A DNA stretch of 64,000 nucleotides from a virus (IMGVR_UViG_3300002835_007523:35094-99093), one strand, 5' to 3'. Shown: positions 1 through 8,826, counted from the stretch's first letter. Numbers and translations: made by a program. Notes: generated by a model not told the origin, from the letters alone.

Positions 1-25
1 TCGGCTCTGAGATTTAGGGGCTACT

Positions 26-595
26 GTGGCTATAACTAATAATGGCCAGCCTCAAGGCCCAATACAATTTACAGACGCTGCCTCCGGAGCACGAGTATTT
101 ATTGGAGGCACAACTCCAACAACTCCTGCCCCAGGAGATATCTGGATAGATTCTGATGTACAGAATAATGCTGGAAAAAACACTATATCTGAAACCACAT
201 TATCAACAGCCTCTGTGTCTCTTACAGTCCCAAACTCTTATAAAGACGTATGCCTAGTACTAAAAAACGTACAGCTATCTACAAACGGAGACATACTTGT
301 CAGATTAAATGCTGACTCTACCGGAGCCAACTATCTTGGCGGATCAGCTCTACACACAATTAGTTCTGTAAAAGCTGGCGGTAACAACCTTATAGTAATA
401 ACCATACAGGAGAGCCAGGCACTTACTCCTAAATTTTCAAGAATAGAGGGAGTATACGTAAACTCCTCTAATGCTTTAGCCTCTGTAACTGCTGCAGGTG
501 GGTATAGTCAAACTACCGCATTAACAACAATTAATTTAGCAACCTCAACCGGCACCTTTGCTGGCGGAACTGCAACCGTATATGGAGTTAACTAA
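26..595 (+). CDS. tail-fibre-associated/minor tail protein
   Basis: 189 aa; TTPTTPAPGDIWID motif typical of phage fibre proteins; Thr/Gly/Ser-rich beta character; upstream of tail module. Confidence 0.6.
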   Translation: MAITNNGQPQGPIQFTDAASGARVFIGGTTPTTPAPGDIWIDSDVQNNAGKNTISETTLSTASVSLTVPNSYKDVCLVLKNVQLSTNGDILVRLNADSTGANYLGGSALHTISSVKAGGNNLIVITIQESQALTPKFSRIEGVYVNSSNALASVTAAGGYSQTTALTTINLATSTGTFAGGTATVYGVN

Positions 596-831
596 TGGCA
601 ATTAAAAGATGGAATGGAACAACTAGCTCCTGGGAAGCATTTGGAAGTCCCCAGGTAAACATTGCTGCTTTAGGTATAACCGCAGAATCTATTGGCGCAG
701 TATCAAAAACTAATGGATCTATGACCTCTTCAAGCACTAGCTTGACCGCAGTTAGAAATATGACGGTATCCACAAGTGCTCCAACATCTGGTCAAGGATC
801 TGATGGAGACGTCTGGCTGCAGTACGTATAG
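595..831 (+). CDS. small tail-fibre-associated protein
   Basis: IKRWNGTTSSW and STSAPTSGQGSDGDVWLQY fibre-type motifs; TAATG coupling to upstream gene. Confidence 0.6.
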   Translation: MAIKRWNGTTSSWEAFGSPQVNIAALGITAESIGAVSKTNGSMTSSSTSLTAVRNMTVSTSAPTSGQGSDGDVWLQYV

Positions 832-840
832 GACTAACAA

Positions 841-2508
841 ATGCCAGGTTCTATTAAAAATGGCGGTATCTGGAGATCCGCAACCGGTCTATACATAAAA
901 GTAGGCGGTACTTGGCGTACCGTCACTTCAGCGTATGTAAAGGTTGGCGGACAATGGAAGCAGTGGTTTGCTTCTAAAATTCAAGACGCATTTAATAGGA
1001 CATCAACCGCTGCTGGTTTAGGCACTGCAGATAGCGGACAGGCTTGGAATGCTACTTCAGGAAACTGGCGCATTAACGGCTCTAATCAAGCACAGAGCGA
1101 TGATTCAGCAAGCAATTATCCAATAGTCTCTGCAAATCTTGGAAACACCGACGTAAAAGTTCAAGCGGATGTATCAGGTGGAGTTGGTCCAGCATTTTGG
1201 GTAAGCAGCGCCGGATCATGGTGGGCTGCAGTCCCTCGTTACACTACCGTTACAACAAACTCTACATCTATAGTATGTGATCAAAACTTGGCATCATGTA
1301 ACGGATCTGGATGTAGTCCTTCAGGAAGTTGTTGCTCAGGAGTATCTGAAAGCTCCTCCAGCAACTGCAATGGTGGGTACGTACAATGTTCAAACTCTTC
1401 ATGCAGCGACTATCCAAATAGATGTGCAGGACCTTTTAGCAGCACAAGCGGTGGCGGACAAACCTGTAATGCTGGTTGCAGTTCAAATCAAAGCGGATGT
1501 CCTGCTGGAAGTTGTTCGTGTTCTTCCTCTACTTCTGGTGGAACCCAATCCTGTACTGGTGGAAAAACAGACGTATTTCAAGGCTCTAACTGCTCTAGTC
1601 TTGGTGGAAACTGTGGTTCTGGGCCGTTTACTGAAACGGTAAATAGCAGCTATTGCGGTGGAAACGCTTGCTATGGAAGCGACTTTATGACTGCTCTTAC
1701 AGCACCAGGTTGCGGTCTTCCTGTCGATAACGGAAGTTACCAATGTTCTGGTGGACAAGTATACGGATCATTTAATGGACAGCCATTTGGATGCTATACA
1801 TATAGCTCTGGTGGAACTCAATATCAAGTAAATGATGGAGGAACCTGTTCAACTTTAGGGTCTGGTTGGTCACAAGTAGGGTGTTCAAACTGCGCTGGTA
1901 TGGGCCCTTGCGGTACTGGAGGATTTGTTTGCTGCTCTAAAAGTGGAACAGCCGGGTATACCTACGTTGGCCCAGGAACATATGTAACTAACTACTGTAA
2001 GGGAACTGGAGAAGTCCCATTTAGTTATACAAACTACTATTGTTATACTGCTCTTGTCGGCAGCCCATCAGTTACTACCTATAACTACTGTACGGGATAT
2101 ACTCAGAACCCAGTAGTAACCACGTACTATGCATATACTTCTTCTACAACAACAATTACTCGCTCATGCTATACGGGTACTAGAACTATTTCAAATCCAA
2201 TTACTAATTATAAGACTGAGTTAGTGCTACTAAGCTCTGTCTCTGGCTCTGTAGTTAGCTCAGCATCATCTACAATCTCTGATAATACCTCTGGGTTTAC
2301 AACTGTAGGGTCAGTGTACGTACAGACTGGAGGAAATGCCATATCTGCATATGCGTATTCCTCAGCAAACCTTGGTGGAAGCCAACTTGGCGCCACCCTT
2401 ACCCACACAGCCTCAAACCCTACTAAGGGAACTTCTGTTGGTATAATTAAGACGCCATCTACGGGAAGTCAAGGCTCTACAGCCGATAACTTCTTAGCCA
2501 CTATATAG
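841..2508 (+). CDS. cysteine-rich putative receptor-binding/tail fibre protein
   Basis: N-terminal YIKVGGTWR..YVKVGGQWK fibre motif; DAFNR..LGTADSGQAW lectin-like segment; central region with 32 Cys. Confidence 0.65.
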   Translation: MPGSIKNGGIWRSATGLYIKVGGTWRTVTSAYVKVGGQWKQWFASKIQDAFNRTSTAAGLGTADSGQAWNATSGNWRINGSNQAQSDDSASNYPIVSANLGNTDVKVQADVSGGVGPAFWVSSAGSWWAAVPRYTTVTTNSTSIVCDQNLASCNGSGCSPSGSCCSGVSESSSSNCNGGYVQCSNSSCSDYPNRCAGPFSSTSGGGQTCNAGCSSNQSGCPAGSCSCSSSTSGGTQSCTGGKTDVFQGSNCSSLGGNCGSGPFTETVNSSYCGGNACYGSDFMTALTAPGCGLPVDNGSYQCSGGQVYGSFNGQPFGCYTYSSGGTQYQVNDGGTCSTLGSGWSQVGCSNCAGMGPCGTGGFVCCSKSGTAGYTYVGPGTYVTNYCKGTGEVPFSYTNYYCYTALVGSPSVTTYNYCTGYTQNPVVTTYYAYTSSTTTITRSCYTGTRTISNPITNYKTELVLLSSVSGSVVSSASSTISDNTSGFTTVGSVYVQTGGNAISAYAYSSANLGGSQLGATLTHTASNPTKGTSVGIIKTPSTGSQGSTADNFLATI

Positions 2509-2516
2509 GAGCACAA

Positions 2517-2756
2517 ATGAGCGATAGACCAGCACGTCCCTGGGATTTGTTTAATAAAAACATAGGCCGGGTAGAAAGCGACATAGCCGTAAAGAGACTA
2601 GAAATCTGCAAAGGCTGTGAAAAGTTTATAAAAGCAACAACCCAATGTAAGGAGTGCGGCTGCATAATGAAGCTAAAGACTAAGCTACCAAATGCATCCT
2701 GCCCCCTACACAAGTGGGAAGCAGTATCCGACAAAATCTATAAGGAAGAAATCTAA
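2517..2756 (+). CDS. small Cys-rich protein (DUF6171-like)
   Basis: RLEICKGC..QCKECGC..KTKLPNASCPLHKW pattern; AGGAG RBS. Confidence 0.65.
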   Translation: MSDRPARPWDLFNKNIGRVESDIAVKRLEICKGCEKFIKATTQCKECGCIMKLKTKLPNASCPLHKWEAVSDKIYKEEI

Positions 2757-2983
2757 TGGCAGAAACAGTAGATAAAGCAAACATACCGCCTATTAAGATA
2801 GCTTTTGTAATTGATGGAGAAGTTGTAGACGTTCTTCATACTGATTCAAGACTTGCCGCTATCTTTTTAAGTGAACCTAAAATTGTAGACGTTACCGACC
2901 TTTATGAAGCAGGATCACCTGTATTTGTAGGAGCTATCGATAACGAGGATGGAACCTTTACAAATCCTGAGAAGAAGGACTAA
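2756..2983 (+). CDS. hypothetical protein
   Basis: 75 aa, TAATG-coupled to upstream gene. Confidence 0.7.
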   Translation: MAETVDKANIPPIKIAFVIDGEVVDVLHTDSRLAAIFLSEPKIVDVTDLYEAGSPVFVGAIDNEDGTFTNPEKKD

Positions 2984-2988
2984 TTTAA

Positions 2989-3579
2989 ATGCGTGGTGAA
3001 AGAAGGTTGGGACGTTTTGATATTAACCACGAACGTGGCTCAATCATTTCTGGCACCACACGAGAAGTGGTTCGTACAGTCGGATACATTATTGAGTGGT
3101 GGCTATATGATGAGGAAAACACTCTCATAGACCCAATTTATGATGTTGGATCTGACGGTGGCGGAAGAAGATGGCATGGACCACATCACATTCCAACAAT
3201 TAATGCTGCCCTATATCAGGGTGCTGCCCCTCAAAATGACCGAGGTCTCTATAACGCCGATATTTTGCGTGTAACTCTCAACATGGACATCATTGAAGGT
3301 AACAAGCGTACAGGCGGAGAAGCTTTAGTTATCCCAGAACTACGCAGCATGCCTACTAACCCAGATGCTTATCTGCGAGATCGAATAGTCTTTAGAAATG
3401 AAGTTTTCTCTATAAAGCAGCTTTATCCAAAAGGTATTATTACTGATGACTATACCCTTTTTACTATAGACTGCGTTCAGGTAAACCCTGAAGAACTTAT
3501 TAATGATCCTCAGTTTCAACAATACTCAACATATAGTCCATTTGGTCCTAAGGATCAATATGACTGGGAAGGACCATAA
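2989..3579 (+). CDS. putative head-tail connector/neck protein
   Basis: 196 aa upstream of neck/sheath genes; DRIVFRNEVF beta-barrel-like motif; positional inference. Confidence 0.5.
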   Translation: MRGERRLGRFDINHERGSIISGTTREVVRTVGYIIEWWLYDEENTLIDPIYDVGSDGGGRRWHGPHHIPTINAALYQGAAPQNDRGLYNADILRVTLNMDIIEGNKRTGGEALVIPELRSMPTNPDAYLRDRIVFRNEVFSIKQLYPKGIITDDYTLFTIDCVQVNPEELINDPQFQQYSTYSPFGPKDQYDWEGP

Positions 3580-3580
3580 A

Positions 3581-3721
3581 ATGGCAAAAAACAATCCATG
3601 CTGGGACGGCTATGTTCAGGTAGGATTTAAAAGTCAAGGTGGTAAAAAGGTCCCCAACTGTGTGCCGGAAGGTAAGGGAAAAGACAAGGTTCCGGCCCCT
3701 AAAAAGAAAAAAGGTAAATAA
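3581..3721 (+). CDS. small basic protein (PCWDGY..GKKVPNCV)
   Basis: ATG at 3581 just after the upstream stop; MAKNNPCWDGYVQVGFKSQGGKKVPNCVP..KKKKGK. Confidence 0.7.
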   Translation: MAKNNPCWDGYVQVGFKSQGGKKVPNCVPEGKGKDKVPAPKKKKGK

Positions 3722-3723
3722 AT

Positions 3724-3897
3724 ATGTGCGCTGTCTGTGGTTGTGGAAAGAAAAAGGGACAAGCCGGATACGGTAAGGGCAAGGCAGGAAAGAAAACCCT
3801 ATCTCCAAAGCAAAAGAAGATTGCCGGTGCTGTAAACCCTAAAGGAAAGATTACAGGAGCCGACTTTAAGGCTCTCAAGAACAGAAAGGGTATGTAA
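3724..3897 (+). CDS. small basic peptide starting MCAVCGC (57 aa, absent from ORF track)
   Basis: Hand translation MCAVCGCGKKKGQAGYGKGKAGKKTLSPKQKKIAGAVNPKGKITGADFKALKNRKGM; tiles the gap. Confidence 0.7.
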   Translation: MCAVCGCGKKKGQAGYGKGKAGKKTLSPKQKKIAGAVNPKGKITGADFKALKNRKGM

Positions 3898-3899
3898 CT

Positions 3900-4022
3900 A
3901 TGTGTGCTACCTGCGGATGTATGAAACCAAAAGACAAGCATGGCATGAAAACCCTTGCCGCCGCTAACAAAAAGTTTGCTAAAACTAAGAAAAAAGCGGC
4001 TAAAAAGAAAGAGAAGAAGTGA
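3900..4022 (+). CDS. small basic peptide starting MCATCGC (40 aa, absent from ORF track)
   Basis: Hand translation MCATCGCMKPKDKHGMKTLAAANKKFAKTKKKAAKKKEKK. Confidence 0.65.
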   Translation: MCATCGCMKPKDKHGMKTLAAANKKFAKTKKKAAKKKEKK

Positions 4023-4099
4023 CAGACCTACCTCTAGCGAAAGAACAATGCAAGTGTGGCAACTGCGCCTGTGGAAAGGGTCAAAATGAAGAAGCCTAA
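4019..4099 (+). CDS. 26-aa metallothionein-like micropeptide
   Basis: GTGA overlap with previous stop; MTDLPLAKEQCKCGNCACGKGQNEEA. Confidence 0.45.
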   Translation: MTDLPLAKEQCKCGNCACGKGQNEEA

Positions 4100-4376
4100 A
4101 GCTAAAATGATGAAGGGCAAATACGTCAAGTCTAAAGACGAACCAGTTGATGCCTATCTTACTCGAAATCTTGATGAAGAACAAAAAGAAGAGTTTGAGA
4201 AAAAAGATAAAGCTCATGGCAAAAAAGCCGACCCCAAAACTATGCGTAAAGACATATCTATCGATAAGAAGATTATCAAGGGGATAGAAAAGAAGGAAAA
4301 AGCCCACGAAAAGAAGGAAGGCAAAAAGGGCGAAAAAGCTGAGGAAAAACGAGAGAAAAAGAAGAAAAAGAAGTAA
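4086..4376 (+). CDS. Lys/Glu-rich small protein
   Basis: ORF 4056-4376; ATG 4086 preferred (GAAAGG upstream). Confidence 0.7.
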   Translation: MKKPKAKMMKGKYVKSKDEPVDAYLTRNLDEEQKEEFEKKDKAHGKKADPKTMRKDISIDKKIIKGIEKKEKAHEKKEGKKGEKAEEKREKKKKKK

Positions 4377-4383
4377 TGATTTA

Positions 4384-4405
4384 GCCCCCTATACGGGGGC
4401 TTTTT
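4384..4405 (+). terminator. rho-independent terminator
   Basis: GCCCCC-TATAC-GGGGGC followed by TTTTT. Confidence 0.8.
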
Positions 4406-4484
4406 CATTTATCCTTGGACTTGACGCCGGGGAAACCCGGAACCCTGCTGATTTACCCTGCAACCTCTATGGAGGATTTTTACG

Positions 4485-4658
4485 ATGATACTATTAGCCA
4501 AACGGCTAGCCCGTCAAGAAACTGATGCTGACAAAATTGAGTTTGTCAAAGGCATCACTGGTTTTACACCAGAAGAAGGAAGAAAGAAAGCCGTTAAAGG
4601 CTTTGTGGCTGGTTACTTGTTAACCACCGCTGCTCTTGCTTCTAAATGGCGTCGTTAG
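4485..4658 (+). CDS. hypothetical protein (57 aa, absent from ORF track)
   Basis: GGAGG at 4471-4475; MILLAKRLARQETDADKIEFVKG..LASKWRR. Confidence 0.65.
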   Translation: MILLAKRLARQETDADKIEFVKGITGFTPEEGRKKAVKGFVAGYLLTTAALASKWRR

Positions 4659-4969
4659 AACACTTCATCGTAAAAACAGTATCTCAGGGTCAGCAGAGAA
4701 CAGCAAAGCAACTAACAGCAAAACTCCGTCGTCGTGCGTATGACGCGGGGTGGCCTAGCCATGCCGGAAGACATTTGACTGTCGTTCCAGAAAATAAAGG
4801 ATTTGGAGTAACCTACCCAAAACAGCACGCTAGTCGAATTGAAGCTATGGAGTATGGAACTCAAGATACACCACCATCTCCGGTAGTTCGCCAGTTTTTA
4901 GCTGGAAGTAAGGACACCGATCTTTCTCGACATATTGGTAGCGCAATGCGGAAGGCTGGGTGGATCTAA
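4646..4969 (+). CDS. putative neck/tail-completion protein (HK97 gp10-like)
   Basis: MEYGTQDTPPSPVVR matches the EYGT..P.P..R motif; position. Confidence 0.55.
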   Translation: MASLEHFIVKTVSQGQQRTAKQLTAKLRRRAYDAGWPSHAGRHLTVVPENKGFGVTYPKQHASRIEAMEYGTQDTPPSPVVRQFLAGSKDTDLSRHIGSAMRKAGWI

Positions 4970-5574
4970 TGCCATTTATCATGAATGAAGACAAAGCCTT
5001 AAAGGCAAAGCTATCTGGCATAACTGTTGCAGATAGTGGAAACCCTACTCGTCCTGTTGGAGTGTGGTTTGGTCAACCAGATAAAGAAATTAGACATCAG
5101 TCTTATCCATATATAACTATAGATCTTATAGCTGTAAATGTTGGAAAAGAAAGAGAGCACAGGGGAGATGTAGTTTTAACTTATACCCCTGAAGGAGCAA
5201 ACCCAAATCAAGAATATAGAACCTATTTTCCAATACCTATAGATTTAGATTATCAAGTATCGACGTGGTCTCGTCAACCAAGGCACGATCGACAAATAAT
5301 GGCTGAACTGTTTAAAACAGATCGGCTTCCATTTAGATTTGGAGGGGTAGTAGTCGAAGAAGACAATACAATTCGTCGTCTAGACCTACTGAGCTTCGCC
5401 AAAAGAGACGCCACAGATCAGGACGGAAAACGTCTGTTCAATAACGTCTACACTGTAAGAATAAGTTCGGAAATTCTTCCGTACCCTCTCGAGCAGTTGC
5501 AGTACCAAGTAACCCAAAACCCAAACATATCGTTCACTTATCAAAATACCCCATTTACGGTCATAAACTCATAA
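4969..5574 (+). CDS. putative tail terminator
   Basis: YPYITID and LDYQVSTW motifs; immediately before sheath; TAATG overlap. Confidence 0.6.
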   Translation: MPFIMNEDKALKAKLSGITVADSGNPTRPVGVWFGQPDKEIRHQSYPYITIDLIAVNVGKEREHRGDVVLTYTPEGANPNQEYRTYFPIPIDLDYQVSTWSRQPRHDRQIMAELFKTDRLPFRFGGVVVEEDNTIRRLDLLSFAKRDATDQDGKRLFNNVYTVRISSEILPYPLEQLQYQVTQNPNISFTYQNTPFTVINS

Positions 5575-5618
5575 CAATACGGTCCCCCAAGTAAACTAAC
5601 GATTAAGGAGAATATCGA

Positions 5619-7184
5619 ATGGCTACATACAGTAGACCAGGCGTGTTTATTCAAGAAGTGGAGCTTCCACAAGCTATTGAGCTTGGCGAAGGCGGTTCTG
5701 CTATTGGAGCTTTTGTTGGCGCTCTAAATCAGGGTCCAACATCTGCACCGGTACTAGTAAGCTCTTGGTCAGAATTTACCAAGACTTTTGGTTCATTGAA
5801 TGACGCTTACCCAACAACCTGGGCTGCCTACAATTTCTTTGCAAATGGCGGCCGTCAACTATACGTTAAGAGAATTACTGGAAGCGGTGCTGCGGCAGCG
5901 AATGTAACTCTTACAGATAGAGCTCAAACCCCTCAAGACACATTAACTCTTACAGCAAAAAGTGCTGGTACCTGGGCAAATAGCCTTGCAGTATCTGTAA
6001 CTGCTGCTGGAACAGATACTCGCTTTAACCTAACTGTGTACGGTGCTCCTACAATTTCTGGAGTTGCAACATCTAATGTTCTTGAAACCTTCACAGATCT
6101 AAGCATGGATTCAACAGATCCTCGTTACGCAGTTACAGCAATCAATGCAGACTCAGCATATCTAGTAGCGGTAGATGAGCAATCACCTACAGTAGCACCA
6201 GATGATATGCCAGATATTTCTGGACTCGTTGCTTTAGCTGGTGGTTCAAACGGCTCTCAACCAGCCCTAAACGACTACACTTCAGGTCTAAACTCTTTAG
6301 ATCCAATTACTAGTCCACTAGTTATTAATATCCCTGCAGCTGCATATGTGTATACCACTTCAGGTACTGGTGCAGAAAGAACATTCTCACTAGATCTTAG
6401 TGCTGCTGCGGTAGCTTACGCACAAGGTCGTGGAGATGCATTTGCTGTTGTAGATCTTCCTCAAGGCCTAACTGTTGCTGAAGCAAAAACTTACGCATCA
6501 GACCTTAAGGCTAAGTACGCTGCTAACTCTGATGGTGGAGTTGCTGCAATGTACTACCCATGGGTACAGATTCCAGATTCACTAAAGGCATCCAGATCTG
6601 CACTTCGTAATCAAGCTCCTGGAGCAATTATGGTTGGACAGTATCTAGCTACAGATGCATCTAAGGGTGTATTTAAAACTCCAGCTGGATTTACAACTCG
6701 CCTAGCGCTTGCAGTTAATACTCAAAGACTGTTGACAAATGCTGAGCTAGATGCACTAAACACTGGAACTGAACCAATAAACGCTATTCGTCAGGTTCCT
6801 GGCGCTGGCATTGTTGTTATGGGCGGTCGTACCATGAACAATACTACAAACGACCGATACATCAACATCCGTCGTTCTCTTATCTACATCAAGAAAGAGC
6901 TTGAAGATCGAAGCTCTTTTGCAGTGTTTGAGAACAACGATTCAATTTTGTGGAACAGACTATCTGTGGCCCTATCTACGTTCCTACGTGGTTACTGGCA
7001 GCAAGGCGGTCTGCGTGGGGCTAGCCCTCAACAGGCTTTCTATGTAAAAGTAGATGCTACTACCACATCATTTGCAGACATACAGAACGGCCGAGTTAAC
7101 ATTGAGGTGGGAGTTGCGCTGCAATACCCATCTGAGTTCATTGTTATCAAGCTTGGTCAAATTACCGGAAACGCCACTGCGTAA
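5619..7184 (+). CDS. contractile tail sheath protein
   Basis: YSRPGVFIQE start, FFANGG, RYINIRR, VFENND, PSEFIVIKL. Confidence 0.95.
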   Translation: MATYSRPGVFIQEVELPQAIELGEGGSAIGAFVGALNQGPTSAPVLVSSWSEFTKTFGSLNDAYPTTWAAYNFFANGGRQLYVKRITGSGAAAANVTLTDRAQTPQDTLTLTAKSAGTWANSLAVSVTAAGTDTRFNLTVYGAPTISGVATSNVLETFTDLSMDSTDPRYAVTAINADSAYLVAVDEQSPTVAPDDMPDISGLVALAGGSNGSQPALNDYTSGLNSLDPITSPLVINIPAAAYVYTTSGTGAERTFSLDLSAAAVAYAQGRGDAFAVVDLPQGLTVAEAKTYASDLKAKYAANSDGGVAAMYYPWVQIPDSLKASRSALRNQAPGAIMVGQYLATDASKGVFKTPAGFTTRLALAVNTQRLLTNAELDALNTGTEPINAIRQVPGAGIVVMGGRTMNNTTNDRYINIRRSLIYIKKELEDRSSFAVFENNDSILWNRLSVALSTFLRGYWQQGGLRGASPQQAFYVKVDATTTSFADIQNGRVNIEVGVALQYPSEFIVIKLGQITGNATA

Positions 7185-7198
7185 GGAGATAAATACTA

Positions 7199-7825
7199 AT
7201 GGCTAATCTATTCGAGCTAAGTACTTTACAGACGGATCCGTTCCGTAATTTTAAGTTCTTAGTTAACTTTACCCTCAATGACGGTAAGAACGCTACCATA
7301 GGACCAAAGTTTGGAAGCATGGGATTTGTCTCTGTTTCTGGTCTAAGCGTTGCTACCGAAGCAATTAGCTACCGTGAAGGCGGCTACAACACAAACATGC
7401 ATCAGATTCCTGGTCAAAGCTCGTTTACCCCAATCACCCTTTCAAAGGGCATTGCTTTGGGTCAAAGCGAACACTCCCTATGGATGAAGAGACTATTTTC
7501 AGTACTAACTGGCGCACAGGGAGTAGCTGGAGTTGGAACTGAGTTCCGCTGCACAGTGGATATCTCAGTACTAAGTCACCCAAATCCAAAGGGCGTTTCA
7601 GGATCTGATTCAACAGCTACTGTAGCTGAGGCAAAAAACCAGCATACTGCTATGCGCTTCCGCGTATATAATGCATGGGTTACAAGTCTTGCATACAGCA
7701 ACCTTGACGCAGGCGGAAGCTCGCTAATGGTTGAAGAAATGACACTCGTCCACGAAGGATTTGACGTCTCATTTGCTACAGGATACAAGACAGCAGAAGA
7801 CGCCCCAGATCTACTCAGCGTATAA
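7199..7825 (+). CDS. tail tube protein (T4 gp19-like)
   Basis: DPFRNFKF, YREGG, PITLSKG, VYNAW, EEMTLVHEG. Confidence 0.93.
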   Translation: MANLFELSTLQTDPFRNFKFLVNFTLNDGKNATIGPKFGSMGFVSVSGLSVATEAISYREGGYNTNMHQIPGQSSFTPITLSKGIALGQSEHSLWMKRLFSVLTGAQGVAGVGTEFRCTVDISVLSHPNPKGVSGSDSTATVAEAKNQHTAMRFRVYNAWVTSLAYSNLDAGGSSLMVEEMTLVHEGFDVSFATGYKTAEDAPDLLSV

Positions 7826-7839
7826 CTAAAAAGAAATAG

Positions 7840-8676
7840 GTGAACTACATGACTACAGAAACGACAATTGCTGCGGCAGATAACCCTGGTCTTGCTAATA
7901 AGCTTGCATCAGAAGCTGTTGCATTAGCAGAACAAGAAAAAGCAGCTACACCGGTAAGGGCTGAGATTAGAAACCCAGCCAATCCGATAGTGGAGCTAGC
8001 AGTTGGATTAGATGTTCCATTTGAAGAGCGTATAACGACAGCCGAAATACGTGAGCTTAATGGAGCAGATGAAGAAGCTATTGCACGTCTAAATGACCCT
8101 GCAAAAGCCTTAATGTTAATCCTAGAGCGTGCTGTAGTCAAGTTGGGAAATAAACCCACTGAAAAAGACCTACTTGACGCGTTGCTGGCAGGAGATAGAG
8201 AACTTCTCCTGCTAGCAATTCGCAAGTTAACCTTTGGAAATGAAGTTAACCTAGAAGGAAACATTTGTCAGGCATGTGTTGAACCTCAAAAGATTCAAAT
8301 AGACCTAGATACAGATGTAGAAGTAAAAAAACTTAATATAGAAGATGTCGAGTTTACTGTGCCATGTAAGGCTGGAGAAGTTCGAGTAAAGCTTCCTACA
8401 GGATTTACACAAAAAGCATTAGTAGCCTCTACTAACAAGACTGCAGCTGAATTGGACTCCGTTGTATTAAAAAACTGCATCCTTAGTATTAATGATAAGC
8501 CCTTGTTAAATCAATCAGAGGTACTAAGGCTTAGCATTAAAGATAGACGTGACATTCTTAAAGAGATCTCTAATCGTAACCCTGGACCACAACTTAGTGA
8601 AATAAGTAAACCTTGCCCAAACTGCGGCCAGGAGGTGTCGCTACCGCTAACCCTAGCGGATTTGTTTCAGGAATGA
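7840..8676 (+). CDS. tail/baseplate-hub assembly chaperone (T4 gp26-like)
   Basis: IRELNGADEE, GDRELLLLAIR, two CxxC; between tube and tape measure. Confidence 0.75.
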   Translation: MNYMTTETTIAAADNPGLANKLASEAVALAEQEKAATPVRAEIRNPANPIVELAVGLDVPFEERITTAEIRELNGADEEAIARLNDPAKALMLILERAVVKLGNKPTEKDLLDALLAGDRELLLLAIRKLTFGNEVNLEGNICQACVEPQKIQIDLDTDVEVKKLNIEDVEFTVPCKAGEVRVKLPTGFTQKALVASTNKTAAELDSVVLKNCILSINDKPLLNQSEVLRLSIKDRRDILKEISNRNPGPQLSEISKPCPNCGQEVSLPLTLADLFQE

Positions 8677-8824
8677 AATAAGTTATGAGATCTTGGTAGA
8701 AGCCATAGATCTTTTATCTCAGTTCTATCCTGGATGGACACTAACAGAGTTAATGAATTTAAGCGTAAGAGAAAGAGTCAACTGGCTTAACAAAGCCTCG
8801 AGCAGACCAAGAATGGTTAAGTAA
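8657..8824 (+). CDS. second tail-chaperone frame, probably reached by +1 frameshift
   Basis: Open +1 frame ..SYEILVEAIDLLSQFYPGWTLTELMNLSVRERVNWL..; no RBS-backed start; ends 2 nt before tape-measure ATG. Confidence 0.6.
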   Translation, partial: RICFRNEISYEILVEAIDLLSQFYPGWTLTELMNLSVRERVNWLNKASSRPRMVK

Positions 8825-8826
8825 AC

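Noticed and set aside
841-2508. Diversity-generating retroelement target
   Set aside because: No reverse transcriptase or template repeat seen in the window.
3699-4408. Phe-rich - strand ORFs (3699-4307, 4214-4408), and similar ones at 40930-42026
   Set aside because: Antisense shadows of Lys-rich + strand genes (AAA/AAG read as TTT/CTT).
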